The notes under the pieces are model-generated. The model was not told the origin of the DNA. It made no database searches and worked only from the letters and a program-made list of their open reading frames with translations. From the NCBI GenBank assembly GCA_021848145.1, contig JAJZMX010000005.1, positions 25,528 through 89,527 on the forward strand: 64,000 nucleotides of DNA, given 5' to 3'. The translations under genes were made by a program, and so were the position numbers. Each line of letters opens with the position of its first letter. Within the stretch, counting starts at the first letter, position 1. Positions 8,281 to 17,834 of the stretch are shown here, one piece after another. This DNA is from a bacterium. Its GTDB lineage: Bacteria; Patescibacteriota; Saccharimonadia; Saccharimonadales; UBA4665.

Positions 8281-10593
8281 TTATTCATCCTCAACCCAGC
8301 TACCATGTCTTGAAGGCCACCAGTTCCACTTTCCTAGCAGCACAACAATGGATGGAACAAGCAATGTTCGGACCAAGAAAGTATCCATTAAAATGCCTAG
8401 TGCTAGTCCAGCTCCAATGTCTCGTACTTGTGTGTCGCTAGAGCCTGCTACTATTGCTAAGACGCTAAAAGTACCAGCTAGCACTAAACCTGCAGATGTA
8501 ACAGTAGTACCTGTGGTTGTCAGCGCTTGGGACACTGCTTTCTTTAATGTTAGTCCATGAGCCTCTTCGCGTATTCTTGTCATGACTAAAATGTTGTAAT
8601 CTTCGCCAAGGGCTAGGAGAAAAATGAACATAAGGAATGGCAAGATAAACGTTAGTCCACTTTCGCCGCCGATGGTAATAAATAGTAGTACGGCTAGCCC
8701 AAACGCCGCTAAGTAAGAGAGACCTACTGTTAGGATTAAATATAGGGGGGCGATCAAACTTCTTAATAAGATCGCCAAAAGAGCGCCTATAACTAAAATT
8801 GCAATTGGTATTACGCGAATAAGGTCATTATTCGATATCTTATTTATGTCATATAGAGCAGGGGCTTCACCGGCTATACCACTATTTGTAGCACCGACAC
8901 TTTTCTCTATTTGGCTAACCCTAGACCTTTCAGCTGGCGTGGCATTCATTGCGGGCGTCGAGTTAGGGTTTCCAGCTGTAAGGCCTACTTCATACTGAAC
9001 TATCCTGCCGTCAGGGCTAATATAGTTCGATAGTGATTTATATGCTCTATAAATACCTTGGGGCAAGCCTCCTTTTAATAAAACAGCCGGTTCAAGTGGG
9101 GGCAGCTTGTGGGGTGAACCTAGATTTGCATATAGCTCCTTAATTTCTATAGGCGTCAGGCTTGCTCCATTAGGGCTAAGGGGCCCATTTATGTTATTAA
9201 ACTCTGGTGCAGCAGACAGTTTTTCCTGAAGGGCAGTGAGTGGCTTGGGGTTTTGCCATACTGATTGGGGCAAAACGAATAATACACCAGTTGGATTGGC
9301 GCTAGTTGAAGGGAAATGCTTGGCTAGTAGGGCATTGCCCTTTGCTGCATTACTTCCTGGGGGGGCTTTAGTGTTGCCTCCGAATCCAGCGGCCTTGTAG
9401 TTAGTTACGGAAATTGCTAACCCGCCAAAAATAACAACGCCTACAATAAGGACAATAAGAGGACGTTGTACTACAGAGGCGCTCACTCGTCCCCAGAACC
9501 CATCTTTGCTATTTGGTTTGTACTTGTTGGACGGCCAAAAAGCCGTCCTGCCAAATATAGCTAGTAAAGCAGGTAGTAAAGTAAGTCCAGCGAGTAACAT
9601 TAACGCTATTCCAATAGCCAGTGGGCCCCCTAGGTCTGAATACAACTCAAAACTAGCCAACATTAACGATAGCAGTGCTGCTATTACGGTAGCGGCTGAA
9701 AAAGTTATTGATTCACCAACTCGGCTTAGTGCTTTAATGATTGCTTCCTTTTGGTCTAATCCACTACGCATTTCTTCTCTAACTCGGAAGATTAAGAACA
9801 GTCCATAATCTGTTCCTGCGCCTACTATGAGGACCGTTAGGAGGAGTTCGGTAAATGAGGAAACCTTTAGACCGTGTTTAGCAAGCTCGGCTATTATTGG
9901 GCCAGCCATCGTTGTTACTAGAATAGGGGGTAATAATGTAATTATTGGCGCCAAGGGGGCACGAAAAATTAACAGCAGTAGCAGGATTATGAACAACACT
10001 GAACCGATCTCCAGTTCTGTATTTGTTGATCCGGTATTTTTGCTGTTGTCAACTGAAGTTGCAATGTCTCCTGCAGGATAGGCGTGCATATTCCCAGGTA
10101 AATTTGCTTGGCTGATAGCAGATTGAATATTATCTATGGTCTTTGTCGGATTTATGCTCCCCCCTCTAGAGAGAGTAATTAGCTCATCTGCCTGTCCGTC
10201 ATTAGATAAACCCGCGTCTTTAACGGCTTTAATTTGAGGAACTTCACCAAGTTTTGTTTTTAACTTAGTAATAGTCGCCAAATCTGAAGAGTTCAGTTTC
10301 TGTCCGTTATTAGTGGCAATAATAACTGGAATTGGGTTTACGCTGCTGGAATTACCAAAGGCCTTAGAAATTTTGAGTGCATTTTCAATAGGTGCATCAG
10401 AGGGCAAAAAGTTACTGTTATTAGACTGTACTGCCCCTGAAAGAGGTGGCAAAAAATGTGCTGCAGCAAAAGCGCCAACAACCCAGATTATAAGGACTAA
10501 CCAACGGTATTTTACCGAGAAACGTCCGATAGCAGCAAAAAAACGAAAACCAATATGTTCAAGATCTGCTTTTTTCGTTTTTGATTTAATCAC
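8281..10593 (-). CDS. MMPL-family (RND superfamily) membrane transporter
   Basis: Two 6-TM bundles, each followed by GTDYGLFLIFRVREE or GEDYNILVMTRIREE. Large extracytoplasmic loops. GTG start. Confidence 0.8.
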   Translation of the reverse strand: MIKSKTKKADLEHIGFRFFAAIGRFSVKYRWLVLIIWVVGAFAAAHFLPPLSGAVQSNNSNFLPSDAPIENALKISKAFGNSSSVNPIPVIIATNNGQKLNSSDLATITKLKTKLGEVPQIKAVKDAGLSNDGQADELITLSRGGSINPTKTIDNIQSAISQANLPGNMHAYPAGDIATSVDNSKNTGSTNTELEIGSVLFIILLLLLIFRAPLAPIITLLPPILVTTMAGPIIAELAKHGLKVSSFTELLLTVLIVGAGTDYGLFLIFRVREEMRSGLDQKEAIIKALSRVGESITFSAATVIAALLSLMLASFELYSDLGGPLAIGIALMLLAGLTLLPALLAIFGRTAFWPSNKYKPNSKDGFWGRVSASVVQRPLIVLIVGVVIFGGLAISVTNYKAAGFGGNTKAPPGSNAAKGNALLAKHFPSTSANPTGVLFVLPQSVWQNPKPLTALQEKLSAAPEFNNINGPLSPNGASLTPIEIKELYANLGSPHKLPPLEPAVLLKGGLPQGIYRAYKSLSNYISPDGRIVQYEVGLTAGNPNSTPAMNATPAERSRVSQIEKSVGATNSGIAGEAPALYDINKISNNDLIRVIPIAILVIGALLAILLRSLIAPLYLILTVGLSYLAAFGLAVLLFITIGGESGLTFILPFLMFIFLLALGEDYNILVMTRIREEAHGLTLKKAVSQALTTTGTTVTSAGLVLAGTFSVLAIVAGSSDTQVRDIGAGLALGILMDTFLVRTLLVPSIVVLLGKWNWWPSRHGSWVEDE

Positions 10594-10665
10594 GAGTTTA
10601 TTTTGCCGTAAATTTGGTTAGGTTACAAGTTAACCAGGAAATCCTGAAAGTAAGCTAATATCCGA

Positions 10666-11475
10666 CTATCTTACCAAGTCTCTTCTTCTAAAACTAAACC
10701 AAGATACAAATATGCAGACAAATATTATGCCCAACATAACTAAGAAGTCTGGCCACCTGTAATGGCCCTCAAGCATACCAGCTACATGGTAGTAATGAAA
10801 AGGCATAAACTTCGCTGGCCACTTCAGAACACTGGCGGTAGCCGAGAGGGAATTTATAATGTAACCACCAAGGGCGATAAGTACCGCCAACCCTATGCTT
10901 GCTCTTTTTGCTTTACCAATAGTTGTAATCATGAATGCTATTGACCCGTAAGCTGTGGCCATTAATAGACAGGCCAATGCGGTCATCAGTAGCGGCATAA
11001 CTCCAACCGGCAAACCTACTTCATGTACCATAATTATGGTAGATAAGAAGGCGAAAACAGACACAATCCCGAGTATTGCCATTCCTGCTGTCAGTTTTCC
11101 AGCCAATAGTTTTACCCTAGATATGGGGCGGGCGAGTAATAGTTCTATTGTTCCATCGCTTTCCTCTTTTGCAATCAGAGAGCTCCCTATTCCAATAGAT
11201 AGTATGCTAAGCAAAATAGGTAAAAACAGATAATATATTTGGCTACTTAAATAACCTATGGGAGACAGATAGTTTGGGGTATCTGATATAAACGCCCTAG
11301 CCGCAGATGGTATCTGTTTGTTAATTGTTTGGTCCAGCTTAGCCGCTTGGTCCCTGAATGGCGGGTAAAAAGCCAGAATTATAGTGATAAAAGCAATTAC
11401 ACCAATAATCCACCATAAGCTTGACCAGCGTCTTTGCCATAGAGTCCACTTGGTAAGGGAAAAGTAACTTTTCAT
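10666..11475 (-). CDS. ABC-2 type transporter permease
   Basis: 6-TM protein translationally coupled (4-nt overlap) to the upstream ABC ATPase. Confidence 0.65.
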   Translation of the reverse strand: MKSYFSLTKWTLWQRRWSSLWWIIGVIAFITIILAFYPPFRDQAAKLDQTINKQIPSAARAFISDTPNYLSPIGYLSSQIYYLFLPILLSILSIGIGSSLIAKEESDGTIELLLARPISRVKLLAGKLTAGMAILGIVSVFAFLSTIIMVHEVGLPVGVMPLLMTALACLLMATAYGSIAFMITTIGKAKRASIGLAVLIALGGYIINSLSATASVLKWPAKFMPFHYYHVAGMLEGHYRWPDFLVMLGIIFVCIFVSWFSFRRRDLVR

Positions 11476-12368
11476 TTTTCCCTCTCATAAAAATGCATAA
11501 ATTCTTGCTCCAAGCTCACTTCCCTACGATCTAGTGAAACAACCTTGTAATTAGCTAAGACTTTGAATAGAGGGGAGAGCTCACCCTTAACGTGGATCAT
11601 TAGACTGTTTGGGCCTGTAGTCTCAAACGTGAAGTATGGTGATTTAAAAATGTCAGTTGGGACAGGGCCGGAAAATGTTACATCAAAAGTATGTGAGGCG
11701 TTTTCTATAAGATTGGCAATTTTTTGTTCTGCAATTAGTTTGCCATCTCGGATAAATCCCACTCGGTCACACATTTTTTGGACTTCAGAAAGATCATGGC
11801 TACTTAAGAAAACACTGACTCCTTTAGACTTAACCTCCCTTACATACTGAAAAAAAGTTGCCTGCATCAAAGGGTCTAAGCCTGAGGTTGGTTCGTCCAA
11901 AATTAATATTTCTGGTTCATGCATAAAAGCTTGGATGAGGCCGATTTTTTGCCGGTTGCCTTTACTTAACTGGTTGATGGGCTTATCTAGTTGTGCCTGG
12001 TAGGTATTGATTAGTTCCTTTAAGTAAGCTTTATTCTTAACCGGCGTAAGTTCGCGCATATATTCAAGCAGTTGATTGCCGTTCATGCGTCCGTATAGCG
12101 AAACGTCACCTGACAGATATCCTATTGATCGCTTTAGTTTTACGCTATCTTTAACAATGTCCAGGCCTAAGATAGATGCACTGCCGCTAGTTGGTCGTAT
12201 GAAATTTAAAAGCAACCTGATCGTAGTGGACTTACCGGCCCCGTTTGGACCTAAAAACCCATATACTTCACCTGGATAAACTTTAAGATCCAGGTTTTTT
12301 AAAGCATACTCTCTACGAGAGGAATACTTCTTGCTTAATTTATGTATTTTTATTGTGGGCTCTACCAC
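11472..12368 (-). CDS. ABC transporter ATP-binding protein
   Basis: Walker A GPNGAGKST, signature LSKGNRQK, Walker B ILILDEPTSGLD. Confidence 0.9.
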   Translation of the reverse strand: MVEPTIKIHKLSKKYSSRREYALKNLDLKVYPGEVYGFLGPNGAGKSTTIRLLLNFIRPTSGSASILGLDIVKDSVKLKRSIGYLSGDVSLYGRMNGNQLLEYMRELTPVKNKAYLKELINTYQAQLDKPINQLSKGNRQKIGLIQAFMHEPEILILDEPTSGLDPLMQATFFQYVREVKSKGVSVFLSSHDLSEVQKMCDRVGFIRDGKLIAEQKIANLIENASHTFDVTFSGPVPTDIFKSPYFTFETTGPNSLMIHVKGELSPLFKVLANYKVVSLDRREVSLEQEFMHFYEREK

Positions 12369-12456
12369 AACTACAGTATAACTAAATTCTTAAGCTTATT
12401 TGAGAAATATTATTGATTCTTGCAGTAAGTGCTATTAGGTTGGAACTATAAATCAA

Positions 12457-12533
12457 TGGCGCCCCGGGATGGATTCGAACCAACGACCTTAGGCTTAGAA
12501 GTCCTCTGCTCTATCCAGCTGAGCTACCGGGGC
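12457..12533 (-). tRNA. tRNA-Arg (anticodon TCT), CCA encoded; weak anticodon stem
   Basis: Acceptor GCCCCGG/CCGGGGC, loop CTTCTAA, T loop TTCGAAT. The anticodon stem GAGGA/GCCTA has only 3 Watson-Crick pairs. Confidence 0.75.
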
Positions 12534-12538
12534 ATTAA

Positions 12539-12613
12539 TGGTGCGGGTGGGGAGAGTCGAACTCCCGTCACCAACTTGGAAGGTTGGGATAATAGCCGTT
12601 ATACCACACCCGC
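12539..12613 (-). tRNA. tRNA-Gly (anticodon TCC), CCA encoded
   Basis: Acceptor GCGGGTG/CACCCGC, anticodon arm CCAAC-CTTCCAA-GTTGG, T arm GGGAG-TTCGACT-CTCCC. 75 nt. Confidence 0.88.
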
Positions 12614-12652
12614 GTTGGTTTAACAGAGGCGATTATATCATCTTTTGTTTAC

Positions 12653-14176
12653 TTAGACTTCATGTAATACGGAGATACGTGCTCCAAGGGAGTTTAATCT
12701 CAATGCAAGATCCTCGTAACCGCGATTAATAGTATAGACATTTCGCAAAATAGAAACTCCAGGAGCTGCCAGCATGCCTATGAGCAGCATTACTGCGGGC
12801 CTGATGCCGCTAGGCGCTACAAGATCAGCCGCTTTAAACCTTGATGGACCTGTTATGAAAATTCGGTGTGGGTCAGCTAGCTCTAGATTTACGCCAATTT
12901 TTTTCATTTCCGTGTACATAAGAGCGCGATCTTCATACACCCAGTCATGTATTAGGGTGCGTCCATGCGCGACTGCCGCTATTGGTACAAAATATGGAAG
13001 GTGGTCGATATTTAGGCCAGGAAAAACGTTTGGATGGATTTTTTCGGCTGGGGCTATTAGCTTGCCGTCGTGCTTTTGTAGCTTAATGTCCACAAGGTCG
13101 GTGTATCCGTTATCTGCCTTATATGAGGGACTCAAGTCGTATTTTAAACCCATTTTCTCTAATTTGAGTAGCTCAAGTTCGAGAAACTCAATTGGTGACC
13201 GTCTAATAGTTATTGACGAATTTGTAGTAATTGCTGCTGCAATAAAAGTCATTGCCTCTACAGGATCCTCGCTAGGCGAAAAGGAAATGTTCTTATTAAT
13301 CTTGTCTAATCCGTGAACTACTACTGTTGAGGTGCCTATTCCTTCTATCTTGACCCCAAGTTTATGAAGAAAATAGCACAAATCCTGGACCGCATAGTTT
13401 GCGCTGGCCATCTTAATCGTTGTTATTCCAGGAGTTAAGGCTGCTGCCATTAGTATATTTTCAGTAGTAGTATCACCGGATTCATATAGAACAACATTTC
13501 TTTTAGGTAGCCTTATTTTTGATGTTATTAGGTAATGGGAAGATTTAGTATCTACATTAACTCCAAACTCCTCTAAGGCATAAAGGTGGGGCAGAACTGT
13601 TCTCCGGCCTAAGTTACATCCCCCCGCATAAGGAATAATGAAGGCTTTTGAGCGGTGAATGAGGGGACCTATTAGCATAAGCACACTTCTAGTTTTGCGT
13701 GCTGATTCGTGGTCTATGTTATCCAATGATAGCTTATCTGGCACTTTTATTACGAGGTCATTTACTCCTTGCCATTTAATATTGACGCCAATACTGGCCA
13801 AAACCTCTACTATGCGGTTTACTTCTTCAATTCGGGCAACATTTTTTAGAAGAGTCGTGCCATGGTTAAGTAGGCTGGCACAAAGTAACCCTACTGCCGC
13901 ATTCTTGCTTGTCTTAAGCGAAATTTCGCCCTTAAGTTCACGTCCTCCTTCTATTCTAAGGTTGACTGCTGAGCCCGTGACGCTAATTAGTTGTTTGTTT
14001 AAAACATCACTAATCCGCCCAAGGGTTTCCAGACTTAAATTCTGCCTGCCATGCTCCATACGGTTTACTGCTGATTGAGAAGTTGACAGCCTTTTTGCAA
14101 ATTCACTTTGAGTTAAGCCACGTTCCTGGCGTATCTGTGCGATTAATTGACCGATTTGTTGGTTAGTTGTAGACAT
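12653..14176 (-). CDS. murA: Fusion of an XRE-type HTH domain and UDP-N-acetylglucosamine 1-carboxyvinyltransferase (MurA)
   Basis: N-terminal 65 aa (GLTQSEFAKRLSTSQSAVNRMEHGRQNLSLETL) is a Cro/C1 HTH. The rest is MurA (KTSKNAAVGLLCASLL, active-site loop PYAGGCNLGRRTV). Confidence 0.85.
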   Translation of the reverse strand: MSTTNQQIGQLIAQIRQERGLTQSEFAKRLSTSQSAVNRMEHGRQNLSLETLGRISDVLNKQLISVTGSAVNLRIEGGRELKGEISLKTSKNAAVGLLCASLLNHGTTLLKNVARIEEVNRIVEVLASIGVNIKWQGVNDLVIKVPDKLSLDNIDHESARKTRSVLMLIGPLIHRSKAFIIPYAGGCNLGRRTVLPHLYALEEFGVNVDTKSSHYLITSKIRLPKRNVVLYESGDTTTENILMAAALTPGITTIKMASANYAVQDLCYFLHKLGVKIEGIGTSTVVVHGLDKINKNISFSPSEDPVEAMTFIAAAITTNSSITIRRSPIEFLELELLKLEKMGLKYDLSPSYKADNGYTDLVDIKLQKHDGKLIAPAEKIHPNVFPGLNIDHLPYFVPIAAVAHGRTLIHDWVYEDRALMYTEMKKIGVNLELADPHRIFITGPSRFKAADLVAPSGIRPAVMLLIGMLAAPGVSILRNVYTINRGYEDLALRLNSLGARISVLHEV

Positions 14177-14298
14177 AAATCACTTTATATCATATATGGT
14201 ATAAAACTGGAAATTGGTTTTTTATTTTAGTTTAATAAGTTCATTTTATTCCAACTGTTCGCTTGCTACAATACTGTTAATACCCAAGGAGAGCATTA

Positions 14299-15576
14299 AT
14301 GGATGATAAGACTGTTTCTAAATTAATTGCCGCCGAAGAAAAAAGGCAGCGCGAAGGGCTCGAGTTAATTCCAAGTGAAAATTACGTCAGTCGGGAAATT
14401 CTTAAAGCCATGGGGAGTGTATTCACAAATAAGTATTCTGAAGGATATCCAGGCAAGCGTTATTATGGTGGACAGGTCAATACTGATGTTGTTGAGCAGC
14501 TGGCTATTGATCGCGCTAAGGCCTTATTTAAAGCGGATCATGCAAACGTCCAGCCACATTCAGGAGCGCCGGCAAATGAGGCCGTGTACCACGCATGGCT
14601 AGAGCCAGGGGACACAATAATGGGCATGGAGTTGAGTCATGGCGGCCATCTTACACATGGTCGTCCTGGAACCATCTCTGCCAAGCTCTTTAATTTTGTA
14701 CGTTACGGCATAAAAGATATTGAGACCGGAGAAATTGACTACGACCTCATGAGGGAAATAGCCCTTAAAACTAAGCCTAAAGTAATATTGGCTGGTTTTT
14801 CCTCATATCCAAGAGAGCTAGATTATGGGAAATTTGCTTCAATAGGCAATGAAGTTGGCGCAGTGCTTATGGCGGATATTGCCCACATAGCAGGACTAAT
14901 TGCCGGTGGCGTTCTGGCTAACCCGCTTGATTTCGGATTTCAAGTAATGACCACCACAACCCATAAAACATTACGAGGTCCTCGTGGAGCCATGATTTTA
15001 TCCAAGGGCAAAGTTGGTAATCCTTTACAGGGCGTAGATAAAACAGTAGAAAACCTACCTACTTTAATTGACCGCACCGTCTTTCCTGGATTGCAAGGCG
15101 GACCCCACATGCATATTATTGCGGCTAAGGCAGTTGCGTTCCATGAGGCCAGCCAGCCGGAGTTCAAAGTTTACTGCAAGCAGGTACTGAAAAACGCTAA
15201 AGCATTAAGTGATGCACTAATGAAGAAGGGCTTTAAGCTGATTACCAACGGAACCGACAACCATATGATGGTTGCGGACATACAAAGTAGTTTTGGTTTT
15301 GACGGTAGTATTGCGGAAAAAACTTTGGATAGAATAGGACTAACATTGAATAAGAATGTCATACCTGATGACCCTTTACCTCCGTACAAACCTAGCGGTG
15401 TACGATTGGGGACACCCGCAATCACTACTAGGGGTCTTGGCGTAGAGCATATGGCTCAGGTGGCTGAATGGATGAACAAAGCTCTAAGAGCAAGGAATGA
15501 TGAAACTGAACTGGGAAAAATTGCTAAACAGGTTAAAGCTTTTGCATCTAGTTTTCCCTTGCCTAGCGACAGCTAA
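14299..15576 (+). CDS. glyA: Serine hydroxymethyltransferase
   Basis: NKYSEGYPGKRYYGG, SHGGHLTHG and the PLP-lysine motif TTTTHKTLRGPRG. Confidence 0.95.
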   Translation: MDDKTVSKLIAAEEKRQREGLELIPSENYVSREILKAMGSVFTNKYSEGYPGKRYYGGQVNTDVVEQLAIDRAKALFKADHANVQPHSGAPANEAVYHAWLEPGDTIMGMELSHGGHLTHGRPGTISAKLFNFVRYGIKDIETGEIDYDLMREIALKTKPKVILAGFSSYPRELDYGKFASIGNEVGAVLMADIAHIAGLIAGGVLANPLDFGFQVMTTTTHKTLRGPRGAMILSKGKVGNPLQGVDKTVENLPTLIDRTVFPGLQGGPHMHIIAAKAVAFHEASQPEFKVYCKQVLKNAKALSDALMKKGFKLITNGTDNHMMVADIQSSFGFDGSIAEKTLDRIGLTLNKNVIPDDPLPPYKPSGVRLGTPAITTRGLGVEHMAQVAEWMNKALRARNDETELGKIAKQVKAFASSFPLPSDS

Positions 15577-16601
15577 GTAATTAACTCTGGTTCCTGGATT
15601 AGCTCAATTCCAAAGTCCTGAGCAACTTTAGACTTTATCTTATTCGCAAATTTTATTAAGTCGGCTGTTGTTTTGGCAGATCGGTTAGTAAATATTAATG
15701 ACTGGTTCGGCCAAGTAGCTATACCAGTTTCTTCATCATAGTAATTACTGAACCCAGCCTGATCTATTAACCATGCAGCTGACAGTTTTTCCTGTTTTTC
15801 GTCTATGTGCCAGTGTGGTATGTCTTTATACCTTTCTTGAAACTCAGACAACTTGTTTAGGTCTACGACTGGATTAGCAAAGAATGAACCACAATTTGGA
15901 GTTACGCTTGGATCGGGAAGTTTGAGTCGTCTAATATCGCAAACAGCATTCCGTAAGGCCGAGGGAGTGTAGTCAGTGATCAAATGCTCTTCGAGGTAGT
16001 GGCTAACTGCAGGGTAAAAAGGTGGCATTGGCGAGTTCTTGCTTAGTAGTAGGGTAATAGCCGTAATCAGGTATCTATCCTTGGCGCTGGTTTTGAAGAT
16101 ACTACTCCTATAAGCAAATTTACAGTCCGCTGCGGGGAGGGTTACTATTTTAGCTTCCTCAAGATCATAGGCAGTAACCGTGACAAGTGTTTGTGATATA
16201 TCCTGGCCATAAGCACCAACGTTTTGGATTGGAGTTGCACCCGCTGTACCAGGTATCATGCTCAGGCATTCTATGCCGGATAATCCCATGTTTACACAGC
16301 GCTCTACAACTGAATCCCATCTTTCGCCTGCACCAATTGTGATGTAGGTTCCAAAATCATCTTGGCTGGCAACTTTAAAGCCTTCTATACGGTTTAAAAT
16401 TACTAAACCAGGAAAACCTTCGTCACTCCAAATAATATTACTGCCACCACCAATAACCTTTATTGGTATGTTATATGTCTTAGCATTAGCCGCAGCTTCA
16501 GTTAAGGTTAGCTGGTCCTTGGCTTCAATGAAATAAGCGGCTTGACCGCCAAGCTTCATTGTTGAATATTGTGCAAGGGGTACGTTTTCAATCATTTCCA
16601 T
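15573..16601 (-). CDS. murB: UDP-N-acetylenolpyruvoylglucosamine reductase (MurB)
   Basis: STMKLGG and GGGSNII FAD-binding motifs and a MurB C-terminal domain. I prefer the start at M25 (16601); the track start at 16673 would overlap the divergent gene. Confidence 0.85.
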   Translation of the reverse strand: MEMIENVPLAQYSTMKLGGQAAYFIEAKDQLTLTEAAANAKTYNIPIKVIGGGSNIIWSDEGFPGLVILNRIEGFKVASQDDFGTYITIGAGERWDSVVERCVNMGLSGIECLSMIPGTAGATPIQNVGAYGQDISQTLVTVTAYDLEEAKIVTLPAADCKFAYRSSIFKTSAKDRYLITAITLLLSKNSPMPPFYPAVSHYLEEHLITDYTPSALRNAVCDIRRLKLPDPSVTPNCGSFFANPVVDLNKLSEFQERYKDIPHWHIDEKQEKLSAAWLIDQAGFSNYYDEETGIATWPNQSLIFTNRSAKTTADLIKFANKIKSKVAQDFGIELIQEPELIT

Positions 16602-16664
16602 GTCAACACTTAGTATACAAAATGACTTGCGTTTATTCTTCAAATAGCGATACCATTGAAGTAT

Positions 16665-17207
16665 ATGAATCAACCTTCTATAGGCCCAAAGCCGTACGAG
16701 GAATTGGGAGAAAAGTTAAAGTCACTGAGAAAATCAAACCACGAAACCTTAGCTGAGGTTTCTGGTGCGGTAGAGATTGAAGAAAACATACTTGAGCGTT
16801 ACGAAGCTGGAATGGATAGACCAGACGAGGAGATTCTTAACCTATTAATAAGTCACTATCGTTTGGCCGATAATTCGGCTTCTCAACTTTGGGAATTAGC
16901 AGGATATGACCGTTTCGCTGATGAGACTATTGTGATTGAAGAAGCGATGGCTGCAGCCAAACAGTTAGTTATGGTTTTAGCGACAGATATGCGAACTATA
17001 TATACGGACGGTGTAAGTATTGATTGTAATAAAAGCGGCCTCCAAGTAACCTTCACCCAATCAACTTCGCAAAACAAAGTAATGCCTGTTTCGCGCCTTG
17101 GGATGAGTTATGACCAGGCAGAAGAAGTCATGAAAGCATTAGGCATTGCATTAACTTACGCCAAGTTTGGTCAGGATAAGCTACTTCTTCCTCCTCCGGC
17201 TAATTAG
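16665..17207 (+). CDS. XRE-family HTH domain protein
   Basis: The N-terminus LGEKLKSLRKSNHETLAEVSGAVEIEENILERYEAG resembles HTH_3. The C-terminal domain is unknown. Confidence 0.5.
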   Translation: MNQPSIGPKPYEELGEKLKSLRKSNHETLAEVSGAVEIEENILERYEAGMDRPDEEILNLLISHYRLADNSASQLWELAGYDRFADETIVIEEAMAAAKQLVMVLATDMRTIYTDGVSIDCNKSGLQVTFTQSTSQNKVMPVSRLGMSYDQAEEVMKALGIALTYAKFGQDKLLLPPPAN

Positions 17208-17383
17208 TAAAAAATATTACAGTATTACGCTTATTCTTAGGCATATGATTAATGGATCGTTCACAAAAACGATTTATTAAAAAGAGAAGGAAAAATATAA
17301 TATGACGATTGAGCAAATGCTAGGCAATTTGCATAAAATGGCAGAAAAAACGCCCCAATCCCCAAAACCTCTTAAAAAATAAC

Positions 17384-17812
17384 TTATTCTTTTTCGGCTG
17401 AATGCAGACGACGCAAGCCGTGAACCGCTAAAGAAAAACTCATTATAGCCATAGGAATTTCTCCAAGTAACGCCATTGCCATGGCTTCATTAAAACCCCG
17501 GGCACCTACCTTATAACTTAAGATATCGAACCAGGCATCCGTTGAGAATAAGGTACCTGTAATAACGGCAGCAAGCACCATATATATAGACTTCATCTTA
17601 GCTAATATACCAGTCAGTAGAAGTGAGCCTATTAGTGCAGCATCAAAACCGACCCAAGTGATATCCCAGTTTCTAGACAAATGGTGTTCTGGAAGAGCGA
17701 AGCTTAAATAAACTGTCCACGGTACGAGGCCTATAGAGATTACAATATATGCAACAGCCAGCCAGGAAGGTATGGTTACTTTGACTAAACGACGCTTTTT
17801 CACTACTGGCAT
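17384..17812 (-). CDS. Hypothetical 4-TM membrane protein
   Basis: Hydrophobic ORF. The start is moved to M27 to avoid overlapping the upstream gene. Confidence 0.4.
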   Translation of the reverse strand: MPVVKKRRLVKVTIPSWLAVAYIVISIGLVPWTVYLSFALPEHHLSRNWDITWVGFDAALIGSLLLTGILAKMKSIYMVLAAVITGTLFSTDAWFDILSYKVGARGFNEAMAMALLGEIPMAIMSFSLAVHGLRRLHSAEKE

Positions 17813-17834
17813 AATAACAAAATCTTTAAGTTTG

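Noticed and set aside
12429-12729. Two ORFs of 64 and 63 aa
   Set aside because: They overlap tRNA-Arg(TCT) and tRNA-Gly(TCC) on the opposite strand.
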